Origin: an uncultured delta proteobacterium
GTDB taxonomy: Bacteria; Desulfobacterota; Binatia; HRBIN30; BPIQ01
Reading direction: 5' to 3'
Length of the DNA: 64,000 nt
NCBI GenBank assembly: GCA_963761335.1
Contig: CAVXGR010000005.1
Location: 128,001 to 192,000 of the forward strand
In this document: positions 9,681 to 23,085 of the stretch, in pieces
Numbering within the stretch: the stretch's first letter is position 1
Layout of the letters: every line of letters starts with the position of its first letter
Made by a program: the position numbers and the translations under genes
The notes under the pieces: model-generated
What the model was told of the DNA's origin: nothing
Seen by the model: only the letters and a program-made list of their open reading frames with translations
The model's database searches: none

Positions 9681-10886
9681 TCACCTGTACAGCAGGAATT
9701 CCTCGCGCTCCTCGCGCCAGGAGGCCTCGTCGGCCGCGGCCTTGGTCTCCAGATCGGCGGGCGCGGCTGCCGTGTCGTCCACCCACTCGCGCAGCAGCGA
9801 GCTGCCGTTGATCACGTCGATGGCGAGTCGATCGCGCTCGTACTCGTAGACGAAGTCGCGCCACAGCGGGTAGTCCGGCCGCAGCCGGCGCAGTCCCTTG
9901 AAGGCGAGCGCCGCCAGACGCCAGGGTCGGAAGCGCTGGTGATCGTAGCCGCCGGCATCCACGTGAATCTGCAGGCCGGCGCACAGCGCCCCGGCGTGCT
10001 TGTGGAAGGTGGGCTCGAACCAGCAAGGGCGCAGCCGGCAGCCGATGAGCCACTCCGGGGCGAGGGCGCTCATCTCGGCGAGCAGGGCGCGCGCCTCGAT
10101 GTCGGGAGCTCCGAAGAGCTCCAGGGGACGGGTGGTGCCGCGCCCCTCGGAGAGGGTGGTTCCCTCGACCATCACCGTCCCCGCGTAGCAGCGCGCCATC
10201 CACAGATTCGGGGCGTTCGGGCTCGGGTTGACCCAGGCCCGCTCGCCGAGTGGCCAGCCGAAACCCGGCGCTTGCCACGGCGCCCACCCCTCCATGGCCA
10301 CCACCTCGCACTCCACGTCGAGATGCAGGGTGTGCACGAACCAGCGCGCCAGCTCTCCGATCGTCAGGCCATGGCGCATCGGCAGCGGGCCGGCACCGAC
10401 GAAGCTCTCGGCGCCGGGGCGCAGGCGCAGCCCCTCGATCGGGCGGCCGGCGGGGTTGGGGCGATCGAGGACCCACACCGCCTTGCGGTGCCGCGCCGCC
10501 TCTTCCAGCACATAGCGCAAGGTGGTGACGAAGGTGTAGATGCGGCAGCCGAGGTCCTGGAGATCCACGAGAAGGACGTCGAAGGTGTCCATCATCGCCG
10601 GGGTCGGACGCCGCACCTCACCGTACAGGCTGAAGACCGGAACGCCGCGCCGCGGATCGGTGAATTCGGCGGACTCGACCATGTTGTCCTGCTTGTCGCC
10701 GCGGAGGCCGTGCTGCGGGCCGAAGGCAGCGGTGAGAGACACGTCGCCGAGATCCGCGAGCGCGTCGAGGGCGTGCACCAGGTGGCCGGTCACCGATGCC
10801 GGATGCGCCAGCAGGGCGACGCGCCTGCCGCGCAACGACCGCCGCAGCGCCGACTCCTCGAGCAGCCGATCCAACCCGAAGCGCAT
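9681..10886 (-). CDS. DUF1343 / NamZ-family exo-beta-N-acetylmuramidase-like protein
   Basis: MRFGLDRL..., FGPQHG, FSLYG, DLQDLGCRIYTF, LDRPNP, RHGLTIGELA, PSPN and SEGRGTTRP motifs. Confidence 0.9.
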   Translation of the reverse strand: MRFGLDRLLEESALRRSLRGRRVALLAHPASVTGHLVHALDALADLGDVSLTAAFGPQHGLRGDKQDNMVESAEFTDPRRGVPVFSLYGEVRRPTPAMMDTFDVLLVDLQDLGCRIYTFVTTLRYVLEEAARHRKAVWVLDRPNPAGRPIEGLRLRPGAESFVGAGPLPMRHGLTIGELARWFVHTLHLDVECEVVAMEGWAPWQAPGFGWPLGERAWVNPSPNAPNLWMARCYAGTVMVEGTTLSEGRGTTRPLELFGAPDIEARALLAEMSALAPEWLIGCRLRPCWFEPTFHKHAGALCAGLQIHVDAGGYDHQRFRPWRLAALAFKGLRRLRPDYPLWRDFVYEYERDRLAIDVINGSSLLREWVDDTAAAPADLETKAAADEASWREEREEFLLYR

Positions 10887-10953
10887 GCAGGCGCGCCTAT
10901 CACGCCGGCGCGGTGCGGACCAGCGGGAACGCCGGGAGCGCGGCCATCCTTGT

Positions 10954-11493
10954 CTACTCCAGGCGCAGAACGAACGCCTCGGGGTGATGGAAGTCGGGGG
11001 CGCCCGCGGGGTGGTGCAGTGCCCAGTACGAAAGGCCGCCGCCGGCGCTCTCGACGACCGCCGAAAGGCCCACCCGGAGCGGCGCCTGCGCCAGCACGGC
11101 GGAGAGGCGATCGAGGGCCAGGTTCGCGGCCAGCTGCAGGACGCTGTCCTCGATGCTCGAGGCGATCTCCGGCGCCAGCGACTCGTCCACCCCGCCGGCG
11201 CGCCGGCGATAGCCGCCGAAGGCGTATGCGGCCCACTCGCCGGACGGCGCAAAGTTGAGCTCGTGGTAGGGCGGCGCGTCGTCCGCGGCGATGAAGACCT
11301 CGAAGCAGGTGTGCTCCCAGAGCCGATCGCCGCGACGCGGAGCCGCCGGCGCCCGGATGCGCAGGCGATCGAGATCGGCGTCGAGGCGGAACGACACCGT
11401 CAGGACCGCTGCCTGCCGTTCCACGTGCACGGCGATGGAGCGCACCAGCGCGCACGGCGTCGACGGGTGCGGTCTGAGGGCGACGGCAATCAC
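10954..11493 (-). CDS. DOMON-like domain protein
   Basis: LWEHTCFEVF, YHELNFAPSGEW and SYWALHH...PDFH motifs. Confidence 0.85.
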   Translation of the reverse strand: MIAVALRPHPSTPCALVRSIAVHVERQAAVLTVSFRLDADLDRLRIRAPAAPRRGDRLWEHTCFEVFIAADDAPPYHELNFAPSGEWAAYAFGGYRRRAGGVDESLAPEIASSIEDSVLQLAANLALDRLSAVLAQAPLRVGLSAVVESAGGGLSYWALHHPAGAPDFHHPEAFVLRLE

Positions 11494-11667
11494 CCGATGC
11501 GCCTATGCGCGCGCCGGCGGGCAGTCAACCGCACGGAAAGCTCGTGAGTGCTCCCCTGTCCCTCTGCCACGGGCAATACGGGAGAGGGGACCGGCGCGCG
11601 CAGCGATCGGTCCGGGCAGCTTCGGGGATGGTGCATCGTCGTTCCCGACTTGCTACTACCCGGGTGT

Positions 11668-11979
11668 ATGGCGAGGTCGTCGGAGGGCATTCTTCAGGAG
11701 CAGCAGGCCGAGCTGATCAGCGAGCTCGAGCGGACCTGGTGGAGCGACGCGGCGGTCTCGGTCGTCGTCGCGGGGCTGGCGACTGCGCTGCTGTCCTTCA
11801 TGTTCGGCCGCCCGTGCCTGCGAGGAGAGGCCTTTCTGGGACACGTTTGGTGCGCCGAGGTCGGCCCCTGGAGCTACACGCGCCTGGGCCTCTTCGCGCT
11901 GCTCAATCTCGGCGCCACCACGCCGCTGACCTTCTCCGCTCTGCGCGGCCGCCGGCGCCGGCGGTTCTGGTCCTTCTGA
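11668..11979 (+). CDS. Small hypothetical membrane protein
   Basis: ATG at 11668, two hydrophobic segments and an Arg-rich C-terminus. Confidence 0.5.
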   Translation: MARSSEGILQEQQAELISELERTWWSDAAVSVVVAGLATALLSFMFGRPCLRGEAFLGHVWCAEVGPWSYTRLGLFALLNLGATTPLTFSALRGRRRRRFWSF

Positions 11980-12013
11980 GCGGCCGCGGCCGTCGGGCGC
12001 GTCGCACATCGAA

Positions 12014-12136
12014 GACCTCAAAAGTAGAAGCGCCGTCTCGGCGCTTTCCGAAGCGGCGAGACGCCGCTTCTACTCGGCCCGCGCGCCGGCGGAATCGTCT
12101 TGCCAGCGTTTTGAGACCGTCTCTTCAACCCCCGGC
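12014..12136. repeat. REP/MITE-like element family B copy
   Basis: Near-identical AGTAGAAGCG...CGCTTCTACT hairpin and right end TTTTGAGACCGTCTCTTCAACCCCCGGC. Confidence 0.85.
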
Positions 12137-12210
12137 GAACGGGAGTGAGCTCCGCCCGCACCAAAGACACGGCGCGGCCGCGCGCCAGGAATTTTGTGCG
12201 GCGCCGGCCG

Positions 12211-13416
12211 TCAGGCGCTGCGGAAGCGCACCGGCAGCGAGCCCAGCACGCGGAAGAGCGACTCGCCCCAGCGGCGCTCCTCCGACACCAGCTCGAGGCC
12301 GTCGAGGCGCTGCACCAGCGTGCCGATGGCGACCTGGGCCTCCATCCGCGCCAGGTGGGCGCCGAGACAGAAGTGCGTGCCGCCGCCGAAGGCCAGGTGC
12401 TCGTTTTCTTGGCGGCTGATGTCGAAGCGCTCGGGATCGGGAAACTGCACCGGGTCGCGATTCGCCGCCGCGAGCATCGCCCACACCTGGGTGTTCTTGG
12501 GGATCACGACGCCGCCGAACTCCGCGTCCTCGTGCAGGAAGCGGGGGGTGAGGATGATCGGCCCCTCGAAGCGCAGGCACTCTTCGACCGCAGACTCGAT
12601 CAATGTCGGATCGTCGCGCAGCTTGCGCAGCTGCTCCGGGTGCCGCAGCAGGTTGAGGACGCCGTTGCCGATGAGGCCGATGGTGGTCTCGAATCCGGCG
12701 ATGAGCAGGCCGACGCAATGCGTGAGGAGCTCGGAGGGACTCAGCCGATCGCCCTCCTCCTCGGCGCGGATCAGGTTGCTGAGAATGTCGTCGGTGAGGC
12801 TGCGGCGGCGCTCGGCGATCAGCTCGGTGAAGTAGTTGCGCAGCGCGTCCGAAGCCGCCAGGCCGCGGATCACCACCTCCTCGGGGGCGAACAGTGCGGC
12901 GAGCAGGTGCGTCGCGTGCGCCGTCCAGGTGGCGAACTTCTCCCGGTCCGCCACCGGCACCCCCATCATCTCGCAGATCATCGTCGCCGGCACCGGCAGG
13001 GCGAGGTCGGCGACGATATCCATCTCGCCGCGGCCCTTCACCTTCTCCAGGAGCTCGTCGGCGACTTCCTGAGCTCGAGCCCGCAGCTTCTGGATGGCGC
13101 GCGGCGTGAACGCCTGATTCACCAGCTTGCGCAGGCGGGTGTGGTTGGGAGGGTCCTGCTGCAGCATGAACTCCGCCGGCCGCACATCCGGGATCTCGCC
13201 CGGGAAGGTCCCGTCGGTCAAGCGCACGCCGGTGCGCACCTGCTTCAAGAGCCGCACGCAGTCCTGGTAGCGACACAGCCGCCAAATGCCCATCGGCGTG
13301 TCGCTCACCGGTGCCTTTTCGAGAAGGCGCTTGAGCGCCGGGTACGGGTTCTCCCGAAAACCCGGCTCCATCATGTTCGCTCCCCACCAGGGGTCGTGCG
13401 CAGCGGCCGTGCTCAT
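12211..13416 (-). CDS. Cytochrome P450
   Basis: DPPNHTRLR, AGFETT (I-helix), EECLR (ExxR) and FGGGTHFCLG heme-thiolate motif. Confidence 0.97.
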   Translation of the reverse strand: MSTAAAHDPWWGANMMEPGFRENPYPALKRLLEKAPVSDTPMGIWRLCRYQDCVRLLKQVRTGVRLTDGTFPGEIPDVRPAEFMLQQDPPNHTRLRKLVNQAFTPRAIQKLRARAQEVADELLEKVKGRGEMDIVADLALPVPATMICEMMGVPVADREKFATWTAHATHLLAALFAPEEVVIRGLAASDALRNYFTELIAERRRSLTDDILSNLIRAEEEGDRLSPSELLTHCVGLLIAGFETTIGLIGNGVLNLLRHPEQLRKLRDDPTLIESAVEECLRFEGPIILTPRFLHEDAEFGGVVIPKNTQVWAMLAAANRDPVQFPDPERFDISRQENEHLAFGGGTHFCLGAHLARMEAQVAIGTLVQRLDGLELVSEERRWGESLFRVLGSLPVRFRSA

Positions 13417-13541
13417 TGGTCACCTCCGTTTACGACGTCGAGGCTACGTGCCTGCTCTCCCTACGGCAAGAAGTTGAGGGCGTCGTAGGCGATCGAGCCC
13501 AGTCCGGCCAGCCGGCGCAGCTCCAGCGATCGCGGCAACGC

Positions 13542-13802
13542 TCACCTGCTCGTCGGCTCGACCAGCGTCGCCGTCCACACGCGGTCGAGGGGCATGCCGA
13601 TCTGGCGCTGCGCGGTGCGCACGGACTCGGCGTCCGGCGCCTCGTACAGGCAGATCATCCGGCGGCGGTCGGCCGAGAAGTAGGTGCGCAGGAAGCGCAC
13701 CTCGTGCTGCTGCATGCACCAGGCGCCCTGGTCTTCGATTGCCTGGATCGTCTCGAAGTCCACGGGCTCTTCGAACGAGCGCTCGACGATGACGAGCTCC
13801 AT
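13542..13802 (-). CDS. DUF4242 (SCO4226-like) small protein
   Basis: MELVIVERSF...ICLYEAPDAESVR...MPLDRVW, with a GGAGG RBS upstream. Confidence 0.85.
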   Translation of the reverse strand: MELVIVERSFEEPVDFETIQAIEDQGAWCMQQHEVRFLRTYFSADRRRMICLYEAPDAESVRTAQRQIGMPLDRVWTATLVEPTSR

Positions 13803-13816
13803 AGCGGTCCTCCGGG

Positions 13817-14083
13817 TCATTCGTTCTGCTTCGGCGGCTCGAGGATCGCGGCTGTCCAGATGCGATCGACCGGGGCACCCATCTGGCGGCTCATCAGGCG
13901 CACCGATTCCGCGTCCGGCGCCTCGAACAGGCACACCATGCGCAGGCCGTCCGGCGACAGGTAGCTGTGGAGACGGCGCACGTTGTGCAGCTGCATGCAC
14001 CAGGCGCTGCCCTTCTCGATCTCGTGCACCCCCTCAGGGGTCATCGGCTGCTCGAACGAGCGCTCGACAATGACGTGCTCCAT
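13817..14083 (-). CDS. DUF4242 (SCO4226-like) paralog, in frame with the upstream regulator
   Basis: MEHVIVERSF...VCLFEAPDAESVR...PVDRIW. Has its own GGGAG RBS but no stop separates it from the regulator ORF. Confidence 0.8.
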   Translation of the reverse strand: MEHVIVERSFEQPMTPEGVHEIEKGSAWCMQLHNVRRLHSYLSPDGLRMVCLFEAPDAESVRLMSRQMGAPVDRIWTAAILEPPKQNE

Positions 14084-17000
14084 CGCGATTCTCCCGATGC
14101 GGCGCCTTTCGGCCGCACCTGTCCCGTGCCGTTTCAGTAGCTCTCGCGCTGCGTCGCGAACATGTGCCGAGACGCTCGGTAGCGGCTCCCGCTGCAGCGC
14201 CTGGACATGTCGCCTGACGTCCTCGGTATTTCCCATGGCGGCGTCGGCCTCCGCCAGCACGATCAGCGCCAGAGCGACCTCGCTCGGACGCTGCAGCAGG
14301 CGCGCCGCCTGCAAGCCCTCGCTGGCGCGCTCCTTGGCCCGCGCGGCGTCGCCGCGGCCGAGATGCAGGTCGGCGGCGCGCGTCAGCGCGTACGCCAGCC
14401 GGTGCTTGGCATCGACGATGCGCAGCGCCGCGAAGGCGCGCTCGAGATCGCCGAGCGCACCGTCCTGGCCGAGGGCGTACTGCGACAGCGCCAGGAGGGC
14501 TCCGGCGAAGGCCGCTTCGCTGCCCTCGCGCAGCTTCTCGCCGATCTCCACGAGCTCGGCGCTCAGGGCCTTGGCCTCGGCCCAGGCGGCGCGCTGCAGC
14601 TCCAGCATCACCAGGTGCTCGAGTGCCTGGAACTCGCCCATCCGGTCGCCGTCCCGCCGCGACAGGGCGCGCGCATGTCCGAACAGCTGCGCCGCCTCGC
14701 CGAGCCGTCCCTGATGCATGCGCAGCAGACCGACGGCGTCAGGCACGGCGACGGGCTCGATCCCGAGGCGGGCGGAGAGGGCGCTTGCCTCCAGGAGCAG
14801 CGCCTCGGCGTGGCTGAGATCGCGCTCGAGCATGGCGAGACAGCGCGCCGCCTCCGCCATCGCCACCACCCGCTCGGCCTCATCGCCGGAACGGCTGATC
14901 AGCTCGGCGCGCAGCGTCTGCGCTTGCGCCGCGGACCAGTCGCCGACCTCCCAGCGCAGGTAGCTGAGCAGGTGAAACCCCAGCCGGGCATGCTCCAGGC
15001 AGCCCTGATCGAGCGCCCGCTCCGCGAGGAGCTCGACGTCTCTCGCCGCCTCCTCGATCTGGTCCGGACGCCGCGCCGCCAGCTTGATCTCGCTGAGCTC
15101 GAGCATCAGCTGGGTGCATTCGGGCTCGGCGAGCTCGGCGGCGTAACGCATGCCCCGGCGCGCCAGGCCGTAGGCATCGGCGCTGGCAAACAAGCGCAGG
15201 CAGCGTCGCCCGGCGGCGACGCACGCCTGTGCCGCCATGCTCGCCTCGCCGGCGAGGGCGGCGTGATGGGCGATCTCCGCCGCGGCGCTCTCCTTGTCGC
15301 CGTCGATCTGGTGAATCGCCTGGGCGACGCGCAGGTGCATGAGCCGGCGGCGTGGCTCGGAGAGCTCCGCGTAGACGGCGCGTCGCACGAGGTCGTGCGC
15401 GAAGGTGTAGGCTCCCTGCGCGCCGGCCTTACCGCGAAATGCCTGTAGCAGCCCGTGGCGCTCGAGGGTTTGCAGCGCGCCGATGAGCCCCTCGAGGCCC
15501 ATCGCCGTCAGCTCCTTCAGCCGCTGCACGCTGATGAAGGTGCCGAGCGCCGCGCCCCAGCGCAGCACCTCGCCGGCCTCGGCGGGCAAGCGATCGAGGC
15601 GGTCGCGCACCAGATCGGTCAAGGTGCGCGGCACGTCGTCGTCGCGATGCGGCAACGAGCGGGCGCACCTCGATGGCGAAGAGGGGATTGCCGGCGCTCT
15701 CCTGGAAGACGCGCGCCGCGTCGGCCTCCGGGGTGATGGCGCGCACCAGCTCCGCGATCTCGTCTGCGGTGAGCGGTCCGAGACCGAGCTCGTCGAGCAG
15801 GCGATCGTGGCGCAGGCCGCGCAGGAGCCGGAGCGCCGGCGGGTTGTCCTGGAGCTCCCCGTCCCGCGCCGCCAGCGCCACGAGCACCGGCCGGTGGCGA
15901 TTCATCCGCGCGCAGTAGTGCAGGAGCGCCGCCGACGCCTCGTCGCACCACTGCAGGTCGTCGAACACCAGCAGGACCGGCGGCGCGCTGTGGGCGCGCG
16001 CCGCGATGATCTCGACGACGGCGCCGAACAGCCGATCGCGGCTGCGCTGCGCGTCGGACTCTTGCGCCAGCTCCGGAAGCAGCGGCGCCAGGTCGCCGCC
16101 GATGGTGTCGCCGACCGCGATCGCCGGCAGCCGGCGCAGGGCGTCGATCCACGGCCCGTACGGGCGCCCGCTCTCCGCCTCGTAGGCGCAGCCGTCGAGC
16201 ACCGTGCCGCCGCGCTGCCGCACCTGCTCCATGAGCGCCGCGAGCAGCGAGCTCTTGCCGACACCCGGCTCGCCGGTCAGCAGCAAGACGCGCTCGCAGC
16301 GCTGGCTCTCGACCTGGGCGAGGACCTGAGCCAAGCGCGTGCGCTCCTCCCGCCGGCCCACCAGCGCCGCGGACGCGGCCGCGGACTGATCCGGCGGCAG
16401 CGGCGCGACCGCGGCGGACACCGCGGGTGCGCCTGGCGCGGCGATGGGATTCGCGGCGCCGGGCGCCGCCGCGCCCGGCCGCGCTGCTTGCCACGCCTGC
16501 GCCAGCCTGCCGGAGGGGGCCGCGCCGAGCTCCTCGAGCAGGCGGCAGGCGGCGCGATACTGCTGCTCGGCCTCGCGGTGGTGGCCGGCGGCAGACAACA
16601 GCCGCACCAGCCTCGCCTGGGCATCCTCATCGAGCGGATCGGCCTCCACCAGGCTGCGGGCGAACGGCAGCGCTTCCTCCGGGTCGGCGGCGAGGCGCTC
16701 GATCAGCGCCGACAGCACGGCCGCCTGCAGGTGCCGCGCCTGGGCGCGCTGCGTGGCGCACCAGATCTGGAAGTCGTGGAAGTCGGCGAGCTCCAGGCCT
16801 TCGAGAAACTCGCCCCGGAACTCGCCGGCGAGCTCCCGCAGACGCGCCGTCGACAGGGCTTGGATACCGCCGTCCACCTCGCCGCGGATCGCGCAAGAGG
16901 TCGACCGAGACACCGGCGCCGTCGAAGGCGACGCCGTCCCGATCGGCGACGATCCGCGGCCGCTCCGGCTCGTCGACCAGGGCGCGCAGCTTGCTGAGGC

Positions 17001-17277
17001 TCCAGCGCAGGGCGCCGCGCGGATCGTCGGTGACGTCCCAGAGCATCGAGCACAGCCGCTCGCGCCGGTGCGGCCGTTGATCGACGACGAGATAGGCGAG
17101 CAGGGCGCGAGTCTTCTTGGAGGCCGGCAGGGGCAGGCGCTCGCCGCCCCGGCTCGCCTGGATTTCTCCGAGGAGTCGGACACTTAGCGCCTCCGAACGG
17201 GCCTTGGGCTTCTTTCTCGGCCGGGCGCCAGGATGCTTCCGCGGACGCGCCGGTCGCGCCTCACTCCTCTCGGCCAT
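13817..17277 (-). CDS. BTAD/SARP-like AAA ATPase-TPR transcriptional regulator, split by two apparent frameshifts near 16890 and 15665
   Basis: N-terminal VRLLG...KTRALLAYL...RERLCSMLW...LRWSLSKLR; BTAD region EADPLDE; Walker A GEPGVGKS; Walker B VFDDLQW; AGNPLF; FAHDLVR. Pieces lie in three consecutive frames. Confidence 0.85.
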
Positions 17278-17408
17278 GCTCCTCCGGGTGAATTACAACG
17301 GAACCCTAGTGCATTTCCCACGCCCAGTACAACGGCGGCTCACACGGTCCGGGTGCTCTAATCCGACAAAACAAAGGCGGGCGAAAGAGCCCGAGAAAGG
17401 AGCGACAC

Positions 17409-18326
17409 ATGACACATTCATACACCTACCAGGATGCGCTGGCCGCCGCAGAGCGCGTCAACTGGCGCATCGAGGACCTCATCGGTCCGGGCAAGGAGCT
17501 CGACTACGGCAAGGCCTTCATGCCGGAGTCGCTGGCGCGGGTGGAGAGCCTCGACTTCCTCTCCCCCGAGGAGCGGCGCACCCTCAACCAGATCCGCGGC
17601 CACAACTACCTCTACATGTTCGGCGCGGTGGAGGAGTTCATCCTGCCCTTCGTGCTCGACCACGCCCGGCCGCAGCTCCACGGCGACGACTACCGCATCC
17701 GCGCCCTGCTGCGGTTCGCCGGCGAGGAGGCCAAGCACATCCACCTCTTCAAGCGCTTCCGCGCCGAGTTCGAGCGCAGCTTCGGACACCGCTGCGAGGT
17801 CATCGGGCCGCCCGAGGCGATCGCCCGCGCGGTGCTCTCGCACCACCCGCTCGGGGTGGCGCTCGCCATCCTCCACATCGAGTGGATGACGCAGCGGCAC
17901 TACGTCGAAAGCGTCAAGGACGACGGTCAGCTCGATCGCGCAGTTCAAGAGCCTGCTCCGCCACCACTGGATGGAGGAGGCGCAGCACGCCAAGCTCGAC
18001 ACGCTTGATGGTCGAAGCCCTCGGCGAATCCTGCGGCGGGGGCGAGATCGAGGATGGCGATCGACGATTACGTGCGAGATCGGCGGCTTCCTCGACGGCG
18101 GGCTGGAGCAGCAGGTGGAGTTCGACCTCGACAGCTTCGAGCGCGCCACGGGCCGGGTGCTGACCGAGGCCGAGCGCGAGCAGCTGCATCGCGGCGCAGC
18201 GGCAGGCGATGCGCTGGACCTTCCTGGGCTCGGGGATGACGCACCCGAACTTCCTGGCCACGCTCGAGGAGCTGCGGCCCGGCGGCCCGCGCCCACGTCG
18301 AGGAGCTGGCGCCGACGTTCTGCTGA
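17409..18326 (+). CDS. Ferritin-like diiron protein (AurF-like oxygenase fold), several apparent frameshifts in the 3' half
   Basis: VEEFI, EEAKH, IEWMTQ and HWMEEAQH diiron ligands. Reading continues across frames to ...FLGSGMTHPNF...PTFC-TGA at 18326. Confidence 0.75.
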
Positions 18327-18398
18327 GCGCGGCGCCGACGAGACGCAACTCGTATCCATTCCAACGACGAGAACGAAGAACGAAGAAGGAGGAAGATC

Positions 18399-18972
18399 AT
18401 GGCAAGCACCGCAGAGAAGAAGACCCCAGCAGTGAACGGCATCGACGTCGAGGCGCTCGGCGCCATCATCCGGGACATCGAGCAGGACCCGTCCAAGGGG
18501 ATCGTGGAGTTCCGCGTCAAGTCGGCGTGGAAGGGGCAAACGCGCAGCGAGACCCGCAGTGGACTCCTACACGATCGGCGGCCAGGAGGTGAAGCGGCGC
18601 TTCAGGGTCGACGTCGACGAGCCGGTCGAGCTGCTGGGCACGAACACCGCGCCCAACCCGCAGGAGATGCTGATGACCGCGCTGAACGCCTGCATCATGG
18701 TCGGCTACGTCGCCGGCGCCGCCGTCAGGGGCATCCGCCTCGAGCGGGTCGAGATCGAGACCTCGGGCGAGCTCGATCTGCGCGGCTTCCTCGGCATCGA
18801 TGCCGAGGTGCGCCCCGGCTACGAGTCGATCCAGTACATGGTGCGCATGAAAGGCGACGGCACCCGCGAGCAGTTCGAGGACATCCACGAGACGGTGATG
18901 CGCACCTCACCCAACTACTTCAACGTCTCGCGGCCGATCCGCATCGACTCCGAGCTGGTGGTGGAGTCCTGA
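18399..18972 (+). CDS. OsmC-like family protein, one apparent frameshift near 18555
   Basis: VNGIDVEAL...FRVKSAWKG, then DEPVELLGTNTAPNPQEML..ALNAC and GELDLRGFLG. Confidence 0.85.
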
Positions 18973-19184
18973 GTCGCAGCGCGGGATCTCCCCGCAGAAG
19001 GGGACGGGCTCTTTCCGGCGCAAGGATGCTTCGATGAAGGTCTCGACGTTCTTCGCCGGAAAGGTGCCGCCGCTTCGAAAATGTCTTGGGTGAAGGTCTG
19101 GCGGATAATAGGAGATTGGAGTGGAGCACATGCCCCGGCGCTTGGCGTGGAGCTTGTCGCCCCGGAGGCTGGCGTGGAGCGTGT

Positions 19185-19448
19185 CGCCCCGGAGGGGCGC
19201 GGGCATGTAGCCCCGGGTGTCAACCCGGGGACCGGGTTCCGATTGGCCCAGATCAGCGCCCCGTAGGGGCGCAGGCGTAGAGGCCGCGCGAATCACCTCG
19301 ATCAGCTTCCCACGCACCCAGCGGTGATCATCGGCGTACAGGCGCGACATCGAAAATCTGCCCGCGCCCCTGGCGGGGCGCGTATGACGGAGCGCGCATT
19401 TTTCCCCGGGTTTCACCCGGGGCTACCCGCCACCGCCCCTCCGGGGCG
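19185..19448. repeat. REPIN-like nested palindrome (family D)
   Basis: Perfect terminal inverted repeat CGCCCCGGAGGGGCG / CGCCCCTCCGGGGCG; inner GTAGCCCCGGGTGTCAACCCGGGG and its near reverse complement at 19404-19426. Confidence 0.85.
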
Positions 19449-19499
19449 AACTTCGAGTTTGCAGAGAGCGACGATCTCTCTGGCCAAAGTAGCTGTCCC

Positions 19500-23084
<3,585 letters not shown>

Positions 23085-23085
<1 letters not shown>

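Noticed and set aside
15600..18600. Programmed ribosomal frameshifting or true pseudogenes
   Set aside because: There are many indels without obvious slippery sites, they concentrate next to a corrupted block, and the protein motifs are undegraded.
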